A DNA stretch of 38,002 nucleotides from a virus (IMGVR_UViG_3300046804_001154:1-38002); one strand, 5' to 3'. Shown: positions 16,927 through 26,214, numbered from the stretch's first letter. A program made the numbers and translations. Notes: generated by a model from the letters alone, not told the origin.

Positions 16927-19127
16927 TATATGTAATTAAAAATGTTACTGTAGTCATTATAACTGATAGAGAATCCAGGGGGCATCACATTAGGATTGCC
17001 ACCGTTTCTGACTTTTTCCATCTGGCTGGCTGCTGATGCTGTCAGCTTATCTATCTCTGACTTTTTACTATTTATTGCGTCAATCTGCCTTGTCCGTGAA
17101 GCAATACTTCTCTTGCTGGAATCAATATCGCTCTGTATGCCATCAATTTCTGATTGTGGCAAGTTGTTTGCTTTTGCATCAGCCAACTCTTTTTCGTACT
17201 CAGCTAAATTACGTGTTGCACTTTCTTTAATTGCTGCCGCTTGTGATAAAATATTGTTCAATTCATTGTTAGCATTGTTTAGAGATCCGATGCCAATCTC
17301 AAACTGTGCCAATGTGCCGTTTACTACTGACGAAGGGTAGGTGCCAGGTGGTGATGGTTCTGGTGCAGATGTAGTTGGATTGACTGGTGCTTTGGTATTT
17401 GTGACCACTTGTGTAGATGTAACTTCCTGTTTGGCATCAATTGCACTTTGCTTGTCGGCAGCAGCCTGCAGGCTGGCTTGCGATGTAGTAAGTGCATCAT
17501 CATGTATGGCTTTGACTTCAGTCTGTTGTAACACAGCGGCATTGTATGCTTGTTCGTTTTCAGGGCTTGGATCATTTGCAAAAGATTCGGCTGCTGATTC
17601 CACTGCCGCATCAGCTGACGCCAATTGAGCTTTGGCATTAGTTAATGAGCCCAAGTCTTTTTCTGACTGTGCTTGAAGGTCAGTTAATTCAGCAGTGTCT
17701 GCGGCGCTAACATCAGTTCTGCCAGATTCATTAATAAGGTCTTGTAAACGAGCCGATGCTTCTGAATGACGTGCTGTTATATCTAGCAATTCAGTTTGTG
17801 CGGCATCAAGAGAGTCTTTTGCCATTTGCAACGCATCAGCATTTTGATCTGATGGATCTTCATCTAATGCAGCCTGTGCATCATTAACTGCCGCTTGCGC
17901 TAGATCCACTTGAGCTTGAGCGGCCTGTAGCTGATTATCAAGATCGTCAACCTCTGCTTGCAATGTGGCAATGTCTTGAGTCTGTGTTTCTGTTGCTGAT
18001 TCAGTACTTTGATCAGCATTCATAGTAGACGTGGCTTTACCAACTGGTGTGCCATTAGTAGTCACGCCAGCCGCTGATCCGGCAAGAGTGGTAACTGAAT
18101 CATCAACAGCAGACCCTTTAGTCAAGAAATCAGTAAGGCTGCTGCCTGTGGTATTTGCAGTGCCAGGGAATATGAAACGGTTTACTGGACTGGATTTATT
18201 ACGCAGTTGGTCTTTAAGCACTGAGTTCAGTTCGCCCTTGATCATGCCTTTGATATCAGCGCCCTTCATACTGGACACAGTACGTGCCAATTTGAACAAT
18301 CCAGTACCAAAATTGTTTTTGCTAAAGTCGTTGGAAATTTCACTGGCAGACTCTAGTACACCGCCTGGGCCCAATATACTACGTGTACCACCACCAGCTG
18401 GTGTTAATGGGCTAGGACTCTTGTCATAATGTGCATTAGCGAATCCGCTGACTGTGTTTTCTGATACGTTGCCATTGAACAGTTTGAAGCTTTCATAACC
18501 AATACGCATGGTGATCTGAACTGTTTCACTACTGCTATACGATTGTTCACCACCCTGGAATGATTCAATAAACGGATTGATCAACAACCACTCGGTATAT
18601 TTCTTTTGTTGTAACTGATAGATACTGATACCAAACAGATAGGGGTCTTGCCCTTTGGGACTGTAACCCCAACTGTTTTCAGTTCTCTCGCCATACTTGC
18701 TCTTGCGGTCAACAAATGCACCCAGTTGGGCATTATCACTGTCACGGTAGTAGTATGAGTAATAGTCAAACCAGAACTTCTTGACCAGGTCAGCACTGTC
18801 GTCATGGAACGTCAGTGTGATAGGTTCGTATTTGATCTTGCTCTGGTAAATGTTGGGACGATTGTAGTTGTTCAGTGTCTTGGTATCGACAGTGAAATTG
18901 GGAAGACTTACACTTTTAACCAACAGACTCAACTCTGTGTTTAGAGTTGGGTCTGGATTATTTTGCAGTGCTTTGGGATTAACATAGAAATAAACATGGA
19001 ACAAATGTCCATATTTGGGTGCTAGACGATAACTGTCTGCGACAAAAGTCGCGCTGGCATGTTGCCAATCGTGTATACTATCACCCGTGGCAATTTCTTT
19101 AAAAAAGGTTTCAACGAAGTTTGCCAC
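16926..19127 (-). CDS. tail tube-like (gp19/gp54-type) domain with long acidic coiled-coil C-terminal extension
   Basis: LVKSVSLP.F.V....NNYNR....SKIKYEPITLTFHDD...W..YY, P.I.SF....SYS....ITM.I.YE, then an Ala/Gln/Asp heptad-rich region. GTG start. Confidence 0.75.
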   Translation of the reverse strand: MANFVETFFKEIATGDSIHDWQHASATFVADSYRLAPKYGHLFHVYFYVNPKALQNNPDPTLNTELSLLVKSVSLPNFTVDTKTLNNYNRPNIYQSKIKYEPITLTFHDDSADLVKKFWFDYYSYYYRDSDNAQLGAFVDRKSKYGERTENSWGYSPKGQDPYLFGISIYQLQQKKYTEWLLINPFIESFQGGEQSYSSSETVQITMRIGYESFKLFNGNVSENTVSGFANAHYDKSPSPLTPAGGGTRSILGPGGVLESASEISNDFSKNNFGTGLFKLARTVSSMKGADIKGMIKGELNSVLKDQLRNKSSPVNRFIFPGTANTTGSSLTDFLTKGSAVDDSVTTLAGSAAGVTTNGTPVGKATSTMNADQSTESATETQTQDIATLQAEVDDLDNQLQAAQAQVDLAQAAVNDAQAALDEDPSDQNADALQMAKDSLDAAQTELLDITARHSEASARLQDLINESGRTDVSAADTAELTDLQAQSEKDLGSLTNAKAQLASADAAVESAAESFANDPSPENEQAYNAAVLQQTEVKAIHDDALTTSQASLQAAADKQSAIDAKQEVTSTQVVTNTKAPVNPTTSAPEPSPPGTYPSSVVNGTLAQFEIGIGSLNNANNELNNILSQAAAIKESATRNLAEYEKELADAKANNLPQSEIDGIQSDIDSSKRSIASRTRQIDAINSKKSEIDKLTASAASQMEKVRNGGNPNVMPPGFSISYNDYSNIFNYI

Positions 19128-19137
19128 GGTTTACCTA

Positions 19138-19755
19138 TTAACCAGTGATAGTACTGCCGATTGTTCTTCCTACTAGTGTGCCCAAGCCAGTTCCGCTTGG
19201 AGTTTGTAGTGCATTGTCAAAGCGCAGTGTTAGAGCAATGGTAACTGGCTCGTTTGTGCCGTAGTTAACATCACCGTAGTCTGCTGCCTGAAGCATACAA
19301 CCGTACATTTCCCATGTTTCTAGAACGTTGGGAGTATTTGCTCCGTTACCACCGTCCAGGATTTCCAAACGTGTGATAAATTTGTAATCAATACCTGAGC
19401 TAGCAGAACTTTGTTCCATGAAGTCGAATTGCTTCTGTAACTGTTCACCAACCAGCTTGCTTACGTTACCAACTGCGTCATCACGCAGAGTACATGTAAC
19501 AGTTTCCCAGGTGTATTTGCCAGCTAGGTAAACTTTACTGTTGTAGATTGGGATTTCAATTTCTTCAAAACTAACTGAAGGACGCTTGAAGTCCATAACT
19601 TGTTTTGTAAGTTCAGTCTTTGGCTGACTTACACCGAAACCCTCAAAGCTCACTCTAAAGCGATATTTGAGTTTTGGCATCAACAGACCCTGTGTGCTAG
19701 AACTCTGATCGCTAGCTAGGGGTACTGTGAATCTTGTTAAACTTGCAACTGCCAT
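19138..19755 (-). CDS. gp19: tail tube protein (gp19-like)
   Basis: YRFRV.F, RPSVSFEEIEIP.YNS.VYLAGKYTWETV..TLRDD, W..YGC......YG..NY, LTLRFD; directly follows the sheath gene. Confidence 0.88.
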   Translation of the reverse strand: MAVASLTRFTVPLASDQSSSTQGLLMPKLKYRFRVSFEGFGVSQPKTELTKQVMDFKRPSVSFEEIEIPIYNSKVYLAGKYTWETVTCTLRDDAVGNVSKLVGEQLQKQFDFMEQSSASSGIDYKFITRLEILDGGNGANTPNVLETWEMYGCMLQAADYGDVNYGTNEPVTIALTLRFDNALQTPSGTGLGTLVGRTIGSTITG

Positions 19756-19776
19756 TTTGTATGCTCCTATATATGG

Positions 19777-19784
19777 TATTTATG
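19777..19784 (-). promoter_or_regulatory. late promoter motif CATAAATA upstream of tail tube
   Basis: Followed by SD AGGAG. Confidence 0.65.
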
Positions 19785-19786
19785 CC

Positions 19787-19814
19787 AACCTGGCCATGTT
19801 TCCATAGCCAGGTT
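19787..19814 (-). terminator. 12-bp stem with GAAA tetraloop after the sheath gene
   Basis: Minus strand AACCTGGCTATG-GAAA-CATGGCCAGGTT (one G:U pair). Confidence 0.6.
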
Positions 19815-19824
19815 TTTCACTACC

Positions 19825-22800
19825 TTAAATTGCCCCAGTGTTCATCACACGGATTGGAATGTAGATAAATTCCACACTCTTAACTGGACTAATAGCAATA
19901 TCAACATACAACTCGTTGCGGTCAATACGGCTTGGGGTGTTGTTGCTGGTGTCGCAAACAACAACATAGTCGTAAATCGCACGTTTTGCTACCAAGTCGT
20001 TCAACAAACCTTCTGTGGCTTGTTTGATCTGATCACGGATGATCTTGTCGTTGGGTTCGAAAATATAGCCTTTGGCCATAGTGTTCAAGCTCATACGCAA
20101 GTATGTAATCAAACGTGCTACGTTAATGCGATCCAATGCACTGGTTGTACCACTGCGTGTCTTGTTACCGTAGTTACACAAACCAACACCGTTCAAGAAG
20201 GTCAGTGGGTTCACTGCATTTTCATACAATGTATCACGTAGGCCTTCGCTAACACCAATCTTAACCAACTCACCAGACTCGGAATCAATGTAACCAAGTG
20301 CTGTTGCGTTGTCGATTAGACCGCGGCGTACACCAGCTGGTGCAAACCATGGATAGCTGTTGGCGTCACTCTTGATTAGAGTGCGTAGTGCCATGTGACT
20401 TGCTGGCACAACCACAGCGTTGCCACTTAGGTCGTTGCTCAATCCGCTTGGATAGAACACACCCAGGTATGCACTGGCTGTAGCTAGACCGTCAACACCA
20501 GCATACTTGCTGTCGTTGTTTACCCAGTTTAGAATGTCTGAGCTGGTTGGTGTCAAGCGCATTGGGCTATCACCAATAACGAAACCAGTTTCCTTACGAT
20601 CAGTGTTCAATGCAACCATGTTGGCAATAGTTTCTGGGTAACCAGGTGTTGCAAACAAGTTGATCACACGTTGTTCTTCACGGATCTCAGTGCTAGTATC
20701 CAGTGCTGCCTTTAGTGCTTCAACAACCATGTTGCGAACTGCCTGGCGACCACCGTACATGCTACCGTCATCTTTGTTGCCGCTGACAGTTACCCAGGCG
20801 CTATCAACATCTGGTTGTACTTCATCAGGGAATGTGGTGCTGTAGTAGTTAGAACGGAATTCTTTAACGTTGTAACCTGAACGGCGTGTATTCCACAGCA
20901 ACATACCACGTGGGTACAATGCAGGATTTGGAGCATCAATATCCAAATAATCGCTTTCTAACAAGTCAGTGATCAGTGGTTTAGCATCCATAATTGGATC
21001 TGTTGTACCATCTGTGTCCCAACGTGCATCAGCAAATGCAATACCGTTTGAGCTGGTTTGGTCTGTCTTGTCAATATAAACCCACTGGTTACGTGAGCTT
21101 ACTGTCTGATAACGATACAAACGTGGGTAATCTTCTAGACCGGCTGCACTTGTATCCAACCACAAGTCACCCAATACTAGTGCAGAACCATCGCTCTGTA
21201 CTGTGGGCTCGCTAGCGGCAGCAATAACACCTGCTGGATCTGTGTTAGCTAGGGTATAACCACGGATATCTTTTACAATACCACTGCTGTGGTAGCCGCG
21301 CCAGTCAGTACCATCATGAATCATGATGTCCACTTCGCTTGGTGTACCGAAATACCACTTGGTGCCATCAGCTGGATCAGCCACAGGTTGTGTATTACTT
21401 GCGGTGTATGTCAACCACTTGAATCCACTGTATTCATATACTGAATTGCCAGAAGGATTGATTGCTTCAACACCATCAACTGATGTAGGAATGTTCAAAT
21501 TAGCAATCACGCTACCGCTGCCTACATCAGCAAACTTAATTATACCACCATATTGGTGGCTGATAGTAACTGTGCCATCAGTATTAACTTGAGCGCCGAT
21601 ACCCCATGGGCTAGCACTTAGTAAATCGCCTACAAAAGCCTCAGCATCAGTACCAGTTAGTGTAACACGAATAGGTAGTGTATAAGTTGCACTACCAGTA
21701 CGAGAAGTGTACACATCAAACTGATGTCCAACAGTGAATGTTGGTGCTGTCAGACTGGTGAACGACGTTGCACCAGCTTGGAAGCGCACACGCAGGCGCT
21801 GTGTAGCAGACTCGTAACCCAAAGCAGTATAACTGCTGTTGTCATGTGCATAAACTGTACCAACAGGAATGTTAATACCGCCACCAGCCGCATCGTTTTC
21901 ATAAATGAATTCAACGTCATCTGCATGATCTTGTGTGGCAATTCTGTTCCAGCTTGCTGAACCAGTTAGATACTGCTTGACCACCAGGTTAGTACCTTCG
22001 TTGACCGCAGTGCGCTTGCGCCATACGCTGCCAGTTGGGCGTGGTACTGAATCGTCAGCATACCAGTCAGGGATCACAGTGTGATCTGAACTGTGGAAGT
22101 CAGGGTTAATGTATGTGCCAGCAGTGATACCCAGTGTTGACAATGGTGTACCAGAGCTGTTGCTGATAGAAATTTTACCGTCTTCAGTTGCACCATTACT
22201 CATGGCATCTGGAGATGCATACAAATACAACTTGCTAGACACACTGCGAGCAGTAACACCAGCAATGTTGGCTGAGTTAATGTTGCTAACAATAGTTGTC
22301 AAAGCACCACCAGTAAATGTGACAGTTGCTGTGTTAATTGTTACTGCTGTATTGGCTGCAACGATGGGACTAGAAGCAGTACCAATAATTGCGGCGCGGC
22401 TGATTTCCCAACCAGGGCTGCCAACCAATTGCCATGTGTTGTCATAACGCTTGTAGTACAATGGGTTGTTTACGTTAGATGCAACCACTGCATAAGCACC
22501 AATTGCACCAATGCTGGCTTTGGGCACACCACCGTCTAAATCTGCTGTGTCAGTAATAACGATTGGGGTGATAGCACTGAAGTTCTGAGTGGTTTTATTC
22601 CACTCGAAGTAACCCCATGCTGTGCTGGAAGTATCTAGCCAGTATGTTTCGTCTGCTACAGCACCTGTAGGACGAGTTGTTGTTCCAACCAGTTCAGCTG
22701 TGTCAATGTCAGCACGTAACACATAAGCGCGGTTTGCCACGCCCAACATGCTGTATGCTGCCAATAGACCATATTCGTTCAACTCATAGCCAGGAATTGG

Positions 22801-23046
22801 AGTACCTGCGCTGTCAGTGTAGAATTTGGGGTTGCCATATAGTGTAACTAGTTCACGTTGACTTGTGACCAGTGACACTTTATTAGCATTTGCTTTGGTT
22901 GTACCAGCAGCGGTACCAGTACCTGCTGCATTGGTTTTATCTTGTTCAGTAGCGATGACCACTAGAGCAGTTGTTCCGCCTAGACTTGGTGCATAATTGC
23001 TTTCGTCGCTAATTGTAATTTGTACGCCGGGGCTAACTAATGCCAT
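19825..23046 (-). CDS. gp18: contractile tail sheath protein (gp18-like), 1073 aa
   Basis: MALVSPGVQI...DES, YPWFAPAG.RRG, RDTLYE..VNP, YGNKT...SALDRINVARL, VVCD.SNNTP..IDRNEL.VDIAI.PVKSVEFIY. Confidence 0.96.
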   Translation of the reverse strand: MALVSPGVQITISDESNYAPSLGGTTALVVIATEQDKTNAAGTGTAAGTTKANANKVSLVTSQRELVTLYGNPKFYTDSAGTPIPGYELNEYGLLAAYSMLGVANRAYVLRADIDTAELVGTTTRPTGAVADETYWLDTSSTAWGYFEWNKTTQNFSAITPIVITDTADLDGGVPKASIGAIGAYAVVASNVNNPLYYKRYDNTWQLVGSPGWEISRAAIIGTASSPIVAANTAVTINTATVTFTGGALTTIVSNINSANIAGVTARSVSSKLYLYASPDAMSNGATEDGKISISNSSGTPLSTLGITAGTYINPDFHSSDHTVIPDWYADDSVPRPTGSVWRKRTAVNEGTNLVVKQYLTGSASWNRIATQDHADDVEFIYENDAAGGGINIPVGTVYAHDNSSYTALGYESATQRLRVRFQAGATSFTSLTAPTFTVGHQFDVYTSRTGSATYTLPIRVTLTGTDAEAFVGDLLSASPWGIGAQVNTDGTVTISHQYGGIIKFADVGSGSVIANLNIPTSVDGVEAINPSGNSVYEYSGFKWLTYTASNTQPVADPADGTKWYFGTPSEVDIMIHDGTDWRGYHSSGIVKDIRGYTLANTDPAGVIAAASEPTVQSDGSALVLGDLWLDTSAAGLEDYPRLYRYQTVSSRNQWVYIDKTDQTSSNGIAFADARWDTDGTTDPIMDAKPLITDLLESDYLDIDAPNPALYPRGMLLWNTRRSGYNVKEFRSNYYSTTFPDEVQPDVDSAWVTVSGNKDDGSMYGGRQAVRNMVVEALKAALDTSTEIREEQRVINLFATPGYPETIANMVALNTDRKETGFVIGDSPMRLTPTSSDILNWVNNDSKYAGVDGLATASAYLGVFYPSGLSNDLSGNAVVVPASHMALRTLIKSDANSYPWFAPAGVRRGLIDNATALGYIDSESGELVKIGVSEGLRDTLYENAVNPLTFLNGVGLCNYGNKTRSGTTSALDRINVARLITYLRMSLNTMAKGYIFEPNDKIIRDQIKQATEGLLNDLVAKRAIYDYVVVCDTSNNTPSRIDRNELYVDIAISPVKSVEFIYIPIRVMNTGAI

Positions 23047-23079
23047 GGTTCGGGTTCCTTTAAAAAAAATAGTCTAATA

Positions 23080-23087
23080 TATTTATT
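23080..23087 (-). promoter_or_regulatory. late promoter motif AATAAATA upstream of sheath
   Basis: Intergenic, upstream of SD AAGGA. Confidence 0.65.
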
Positions 23088-23142
23088 TGGTGATGCCAAA
23101 AAGGGCTCGTAATAAGTACCTTTGGAAGGTTTAATACCAAAA

Positions 23143-23490
23143 ATGCTCAGACCAATTTGCAAATCATGTAAGAAAAATGTGGCCGCTGTGAACTACATAG
23201 CAGAAGGGGTGCATCACTATCGCAGTGAGTGCGCTGCCTGTATCAGAAAAAGTAAAAAGCTAAAGAGACAGAAGCCAGCCTGGGTTCTGGCTGGCTATAA
23301 GATGAAACCCAAATGCGAAATGTGCGGGTTTACTGCCAAGTATCAGGATCAGTTGTCAGTGCATTATGTGGACAACAACCACAAAAACAACAACAAGACC
23401 AATCTAAGAACAGTGTGCCTAAATTGTCTTGTTGAACTGACTAAATCTGTTACTGGCTGGCGTCGTGGGGACTTAACACCTGACTTGTGA
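23143..23490 (+). CDS. Zn-finger / HNH-like protein
   Basis: Four CxxC pairs and L.VHYVD.N..NN...NLRTVC.NC. Likely start MLRPICK at 23143; AATAAGTA at 23111-23118 upstream. Confidence 0.7.
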   Translation: MLRPICKSCKKNVAAVNYIAEGVHHYRSECAACIRKSKKLKRQKPAWVLAGYKMKPKCEMCGFTAKYQDQLSVHYVDNNHKNNNKTNLRTVCLNCLVELTKSVTGWRRGDLTPDL

Positions 23491-24103
23491 GCTGGTCGTA
23501 CAGTTCCTGGATTGATCCATTGTTGTCAATCACGTGGTCAAACTTGGTGCCCACCCAACTGGTCTCACTAGCATGGATTCCCAATTGGTTCAGCTTACGT
23601 TCGCTTAGAGCCCAGGTGGTATTGCCCTTGGGTCCACGATTGAAACTGATGGCAGCATCGTACCATTCGGGTTCTGGTCCACGCACCACTCGAATCACTT
23701 TACCACCAGCCCGTTTGATTGATGCAATCTCGTTGGGAAAGCGGCAATCGCTGATAACCACATTGTCCTTGGTAGTACGCAGTTTGTTCTCCAGGCTGGC
23801 AATCCAGATATCATCATGGAATCCTCGGCGGCATACTTCTGTGCCCCAAAGTTGTAGCATTAGACGTGGAGTAAGATTGGGCATGTTGAGGCGTTCAGCC
23901 CACCAGGGGTCCACTTGCTCACGCCACTCACGGGCTTCTTTGGTTCTGCCCTCTAGCAGAGTACGATCCCAGCCAAACACAGAACTGACTGCATCTTTAA
24001 GTGTGTTGGCAAAACTTTCTCTACGAAATTCGTGGAAGTTTACTAGATAGTCGGCAATAGTGTCTTTGCCCGATGAAATAAAACCGCAAATACCAATAAG
24101 CAT
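23450..24103 (-). CDS. gp1: deoxynucleoside monophosphate kinase (T4 gp1-like)
   Basis: IGICGFISSGKDT, SFA..LKD, TPR.MLQ.WGTEV.R, VVISDCRFPNE, HASE, IDNNG. Confidence 0.93.
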   Translation of the reverse strand: MLIGICGFISSGKDTIADYLVNFHEFRRESFANTLKDAVSSVFGWDRTLLEGRTKEAREWREQVDPWWAERLNMPNLTPRLMLQLWGTEVCRRGFHDDIWIASLENKLRTTKDNVVISDCRFPNEIASIKRAGGKVIRVVRGPEPEWYDAAISFNRGPKGNTTWALSERKLNQLGIHASETSWVGTKFDHVIDNNGSIQELYDQLTSQVLSPHDASQ

Positions 24104-24148
24104 TGTTGATGTCCCCTACAGTGTATATATTGTAGCGGAACGTCAACA
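24104..24148 (-). promoter_or_regulatory. imperfect hairpin covering the dNMP kinase SD
   Basis: TGTTGAcGTTCCgCTACA-ATATATACAC-TGTAGGGGACaTCAACA immediately followed by ATG. Confidence 0.55.
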
Positions 24149-24171
24149 AATAATATAGTGGTCTGGTTAAA

Positions 24172-24927
24172 TTACCCTATCACAAACCACATGGGGTCTG
24201 ATCCGTCCACATACAGTTTTAGATCTTCTTCCAGTTTGTCCATGATAGCTTGTGCTTCCTGCTTGAGTGCGGCACCGTTTAGACTTGAGCCGCCCTGTGG
24301 ACCAGCAATGGTGCTGAATTTTTCACGAGCTTCGCCCACACTGTACTTGACCAGCGCATACGCATACTCTTGCACCCAGGGATAGATCATGTGATCGCTC
24401 AGTAACGCAACATCAGGGCGATAGTTGTGTGTCCACAGCAGAACGTCTTCGCCGTTCTCAGGTATTTTACGTGCAATGGTCAGTTTCTTGCTGACTGGAT
24501 CAAAGGTAAACAGAATATGTCCACCAAACATACGCATGGCCAGCTCTTGATACTGACTGAACAGTTCGTAGTTCAACAAACCGCCCACTCGTCCAGCTAC
24601 CAACATGTAAGTGTTTAGATACCCACTTGCAAATGGCTCAAACTGGCTGGCAGTTGTGCCAGTAACGCTACCAATACCACGACGATATATCTGCTTGACA
24701 GTCATTATCTCGTCTGGCAGTGTGTATTCTTGTGTTTCTTTAGTTAGACTCAAGAATGCGTAGCTTTCTTCCTGACTCTTGGGTGCTCGTTGACGATACT
24801 TACGCAGGGCCTGGTCGATAGCAACCTCGTAGTGCTCTTTATCAGCCTCGATATCAACCATACCATCGCCCATGCGTAGACGAATGTAATCAACTATGTC
24901 AGTGCGAAGTCGTTCAACTGTAGCCAT
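24172..24927 (-). CDS. gp13: neck protein (T4 gp13-like)
   Basis: IVDYI.LRMGDG.VDIE....HYE.AIDQAL, WVQEYA.AL.K...GE.R.KF.....PQGG.SLNG..L..EA. Confidence 0.85.
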   Translation of the reverse strand: MATVERLRTDIVDYIRLRMGDGMVDIEADKEHYEVAIDQALRKYRQRAPKSQEESYAFLSLTKETQEYTLPDEIMTVKQIYRRGIGSVTGTTASQFEPFASGYLNTYMLVAGRVGGLLNYELFSQYQELAMRMFGGHILFTFDPVSKKLTIARKIPENGEDVLLWTHNYRPDVALLSDHMIYPWVQEYAYALVKYSVGEAREKFSTIAGPQGGSSLNGAALKQEAQAIMDKLEEDLKLYVDGSDPMWFVIG

Positions 24928-24933
24928 TTAAAA

Positions 24934-24960
24934 AATCCTATAATTGGTATTTATAGGATT
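24934..24960 (-). promoter_or_regulatory. perfect late promoter TATAAATA (24948-24955) inside a 10-bp hairpin pairing with the gp13 SD
   Basis: Minus strand AATCCTATAA-ATACCAA-TTATAGGATT-TTTAAATG. Confidence 0.8.
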
Positions 24961-24970
24961 AGGCACAGTG

Positions 24971-26119
24971 TTACAGTGTAAGCAACAGCACAACATCTTC
25001 GCTGATTCGCCCGTTCAGCTTAACTTCTGTAGCTTTGATAGTGCTCATGAACTTGCGTTTGTTGGGCTTGCTGGCTTTCATCAGCTCGGGAATCTGCGTT
25101 TCAGGCTTACGCAGTGTCTTGCATACACTTTGCACTTCATCGTAGCCCACAATGCTGGTACCTTTTACACTGAGACCACCGTGATGGCTGTCTGCTGTAT
25201 AACGACCCAGCTTGCGTGTTTTAGTGTTAAACACCCAGAGCTCTTGTGCGCCCAGGATGTCAGCAGGGTTGATACTGACCAGCTTGAGCGGCTTGTGCTC
25301 TTTGGCATACTTCATCTTGCCAATCAGCTTCTCTTTGCTAGGCGCTTTCTTGACTCGTGCTTTCTTAGTAGCCTTCTTGACACCACGATACTGCTCAATA
25401 GCGGCCATCAGCTGATCCATCCAGGCATAGATGCGTTTGTAGTCTGCTGCCTTCAGGTGTTTGTAGCCTTCAACCAGTTGTTCGTCCTCTTTAGCCTGTG
25501 CCGATTGCAGTTCAGCACGACGAGCATTGTACAGAGCTTCATACTTGCCCAGCTGACTCTGCACCACATTGTTGGCAGTAAGGAATTCGTAAGGTAAAAA
25601 CTTGTCGCCAGTGTTTTCCAGCATGGCGTCGTACATACCTTCCAGCTCACCAATAATTTCACTAGTGCGCTCTGCCAGTCGATCCTGAATTGTGGGGGTA
25701 TACACTTTGGGCTTTTCCACTGGCTTGGCTTCTTCCAGTGCTTCTGGTGCAGTATTCTTGATAGCATCCAGAACTTCACTATGCAAGTACTCAATATGAC
25801 GTTCACGAAGCGGCATGCCCACAGAATGTGCTTTGGCAATGCCACACGCTGTCATGGACACCAGTTTTTCGTGACCACGAATAAAGTGACCCAATTGTTC
25901 TTTAGTGTACTTGCCAGAATTCTTAGCCCAGTCCACCAGATACTTTTTCAGATCCTTCTGATTGTGGTAATAATTATAAAAATTCAGGCTGGATCTGAGG
26001 TGATGGTCAAATTCTGGCTGGTCAAAATTCATAGCCCGCTCAGTGTCCCAGGTGGGTTCTGGGCCTGTGTACTTGACGTCAGTATAAAGTGCAGTTCGAG
26101 CGGGTTTCTTAGTAGCCAT
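24971..26119 (-). CDS. hypothetical basic protein (382 aa), probably early-expressed
   Basis: Long ORF, SD GAGG, consensus sigma70 promoter upstream. Confidence 0.8.
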   Translation of the reverse strand: MATKKPARTALYTDVKYTGPEPTWDTERAMNFDQPEFDHHLRSSLNFYNYYHNQKDLKKYLVDWAKNSGKYTKEQLGHFIRGHEKLVSMTACGIAKAHSVGMPLRERHIEYLHSEVLDAIKNTAPEALEEAKPVEKPKVYTPTIQDRLAERTSEIIGELEGMYDAMLENTGDKFLPYEFLTANNVVQSQLGKYEALYNARRAELQSAQAKEDEQLVEGYKHLKAADYKRIYAWMDQLMAAIEQYRGVKKATKKARVKKAPSKEKLIGKMKYAKEHKPLKLVSINPADILGAQELWVFNTKTRKLGRYTADSHHGGLSVKGTSIVGYDEVQSVCKTLRKPETQIPELMKASKPNKRKFMSTIKATEVKLNGRISEDVVLLLTL

Positions 26120-26150
26120 TTTTGTGCCTCAGGGTGGGTAATAAACAGTA

Positions 26151-26179
26151 ATTATAGCGCCTTTTGGGCCACATGTCAA
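26151..26179 (-). promoter_or_regulatory. perfect sigma70-type promoter TTGACA-N17-TATAAT
   Basis: Minus strand TTGACA TGTGGCCCAAAAGGCGC TATAAT, about 30 bp upstream of ATG 26119. Confidence 0.9.
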
Positions 26180-26214
26180 TACCCGACTCCTTTGCATGGT
26201 TACTGGCTTCGTGC

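Noticed and set aside
24944-25597. 217-aa plus-strand ORF (also 23487-24050, 12459-13049, 5873-6409 and many shorter ones)
   Set aside because: Antisense shadows of well-supported genes, with no recognisable motifs
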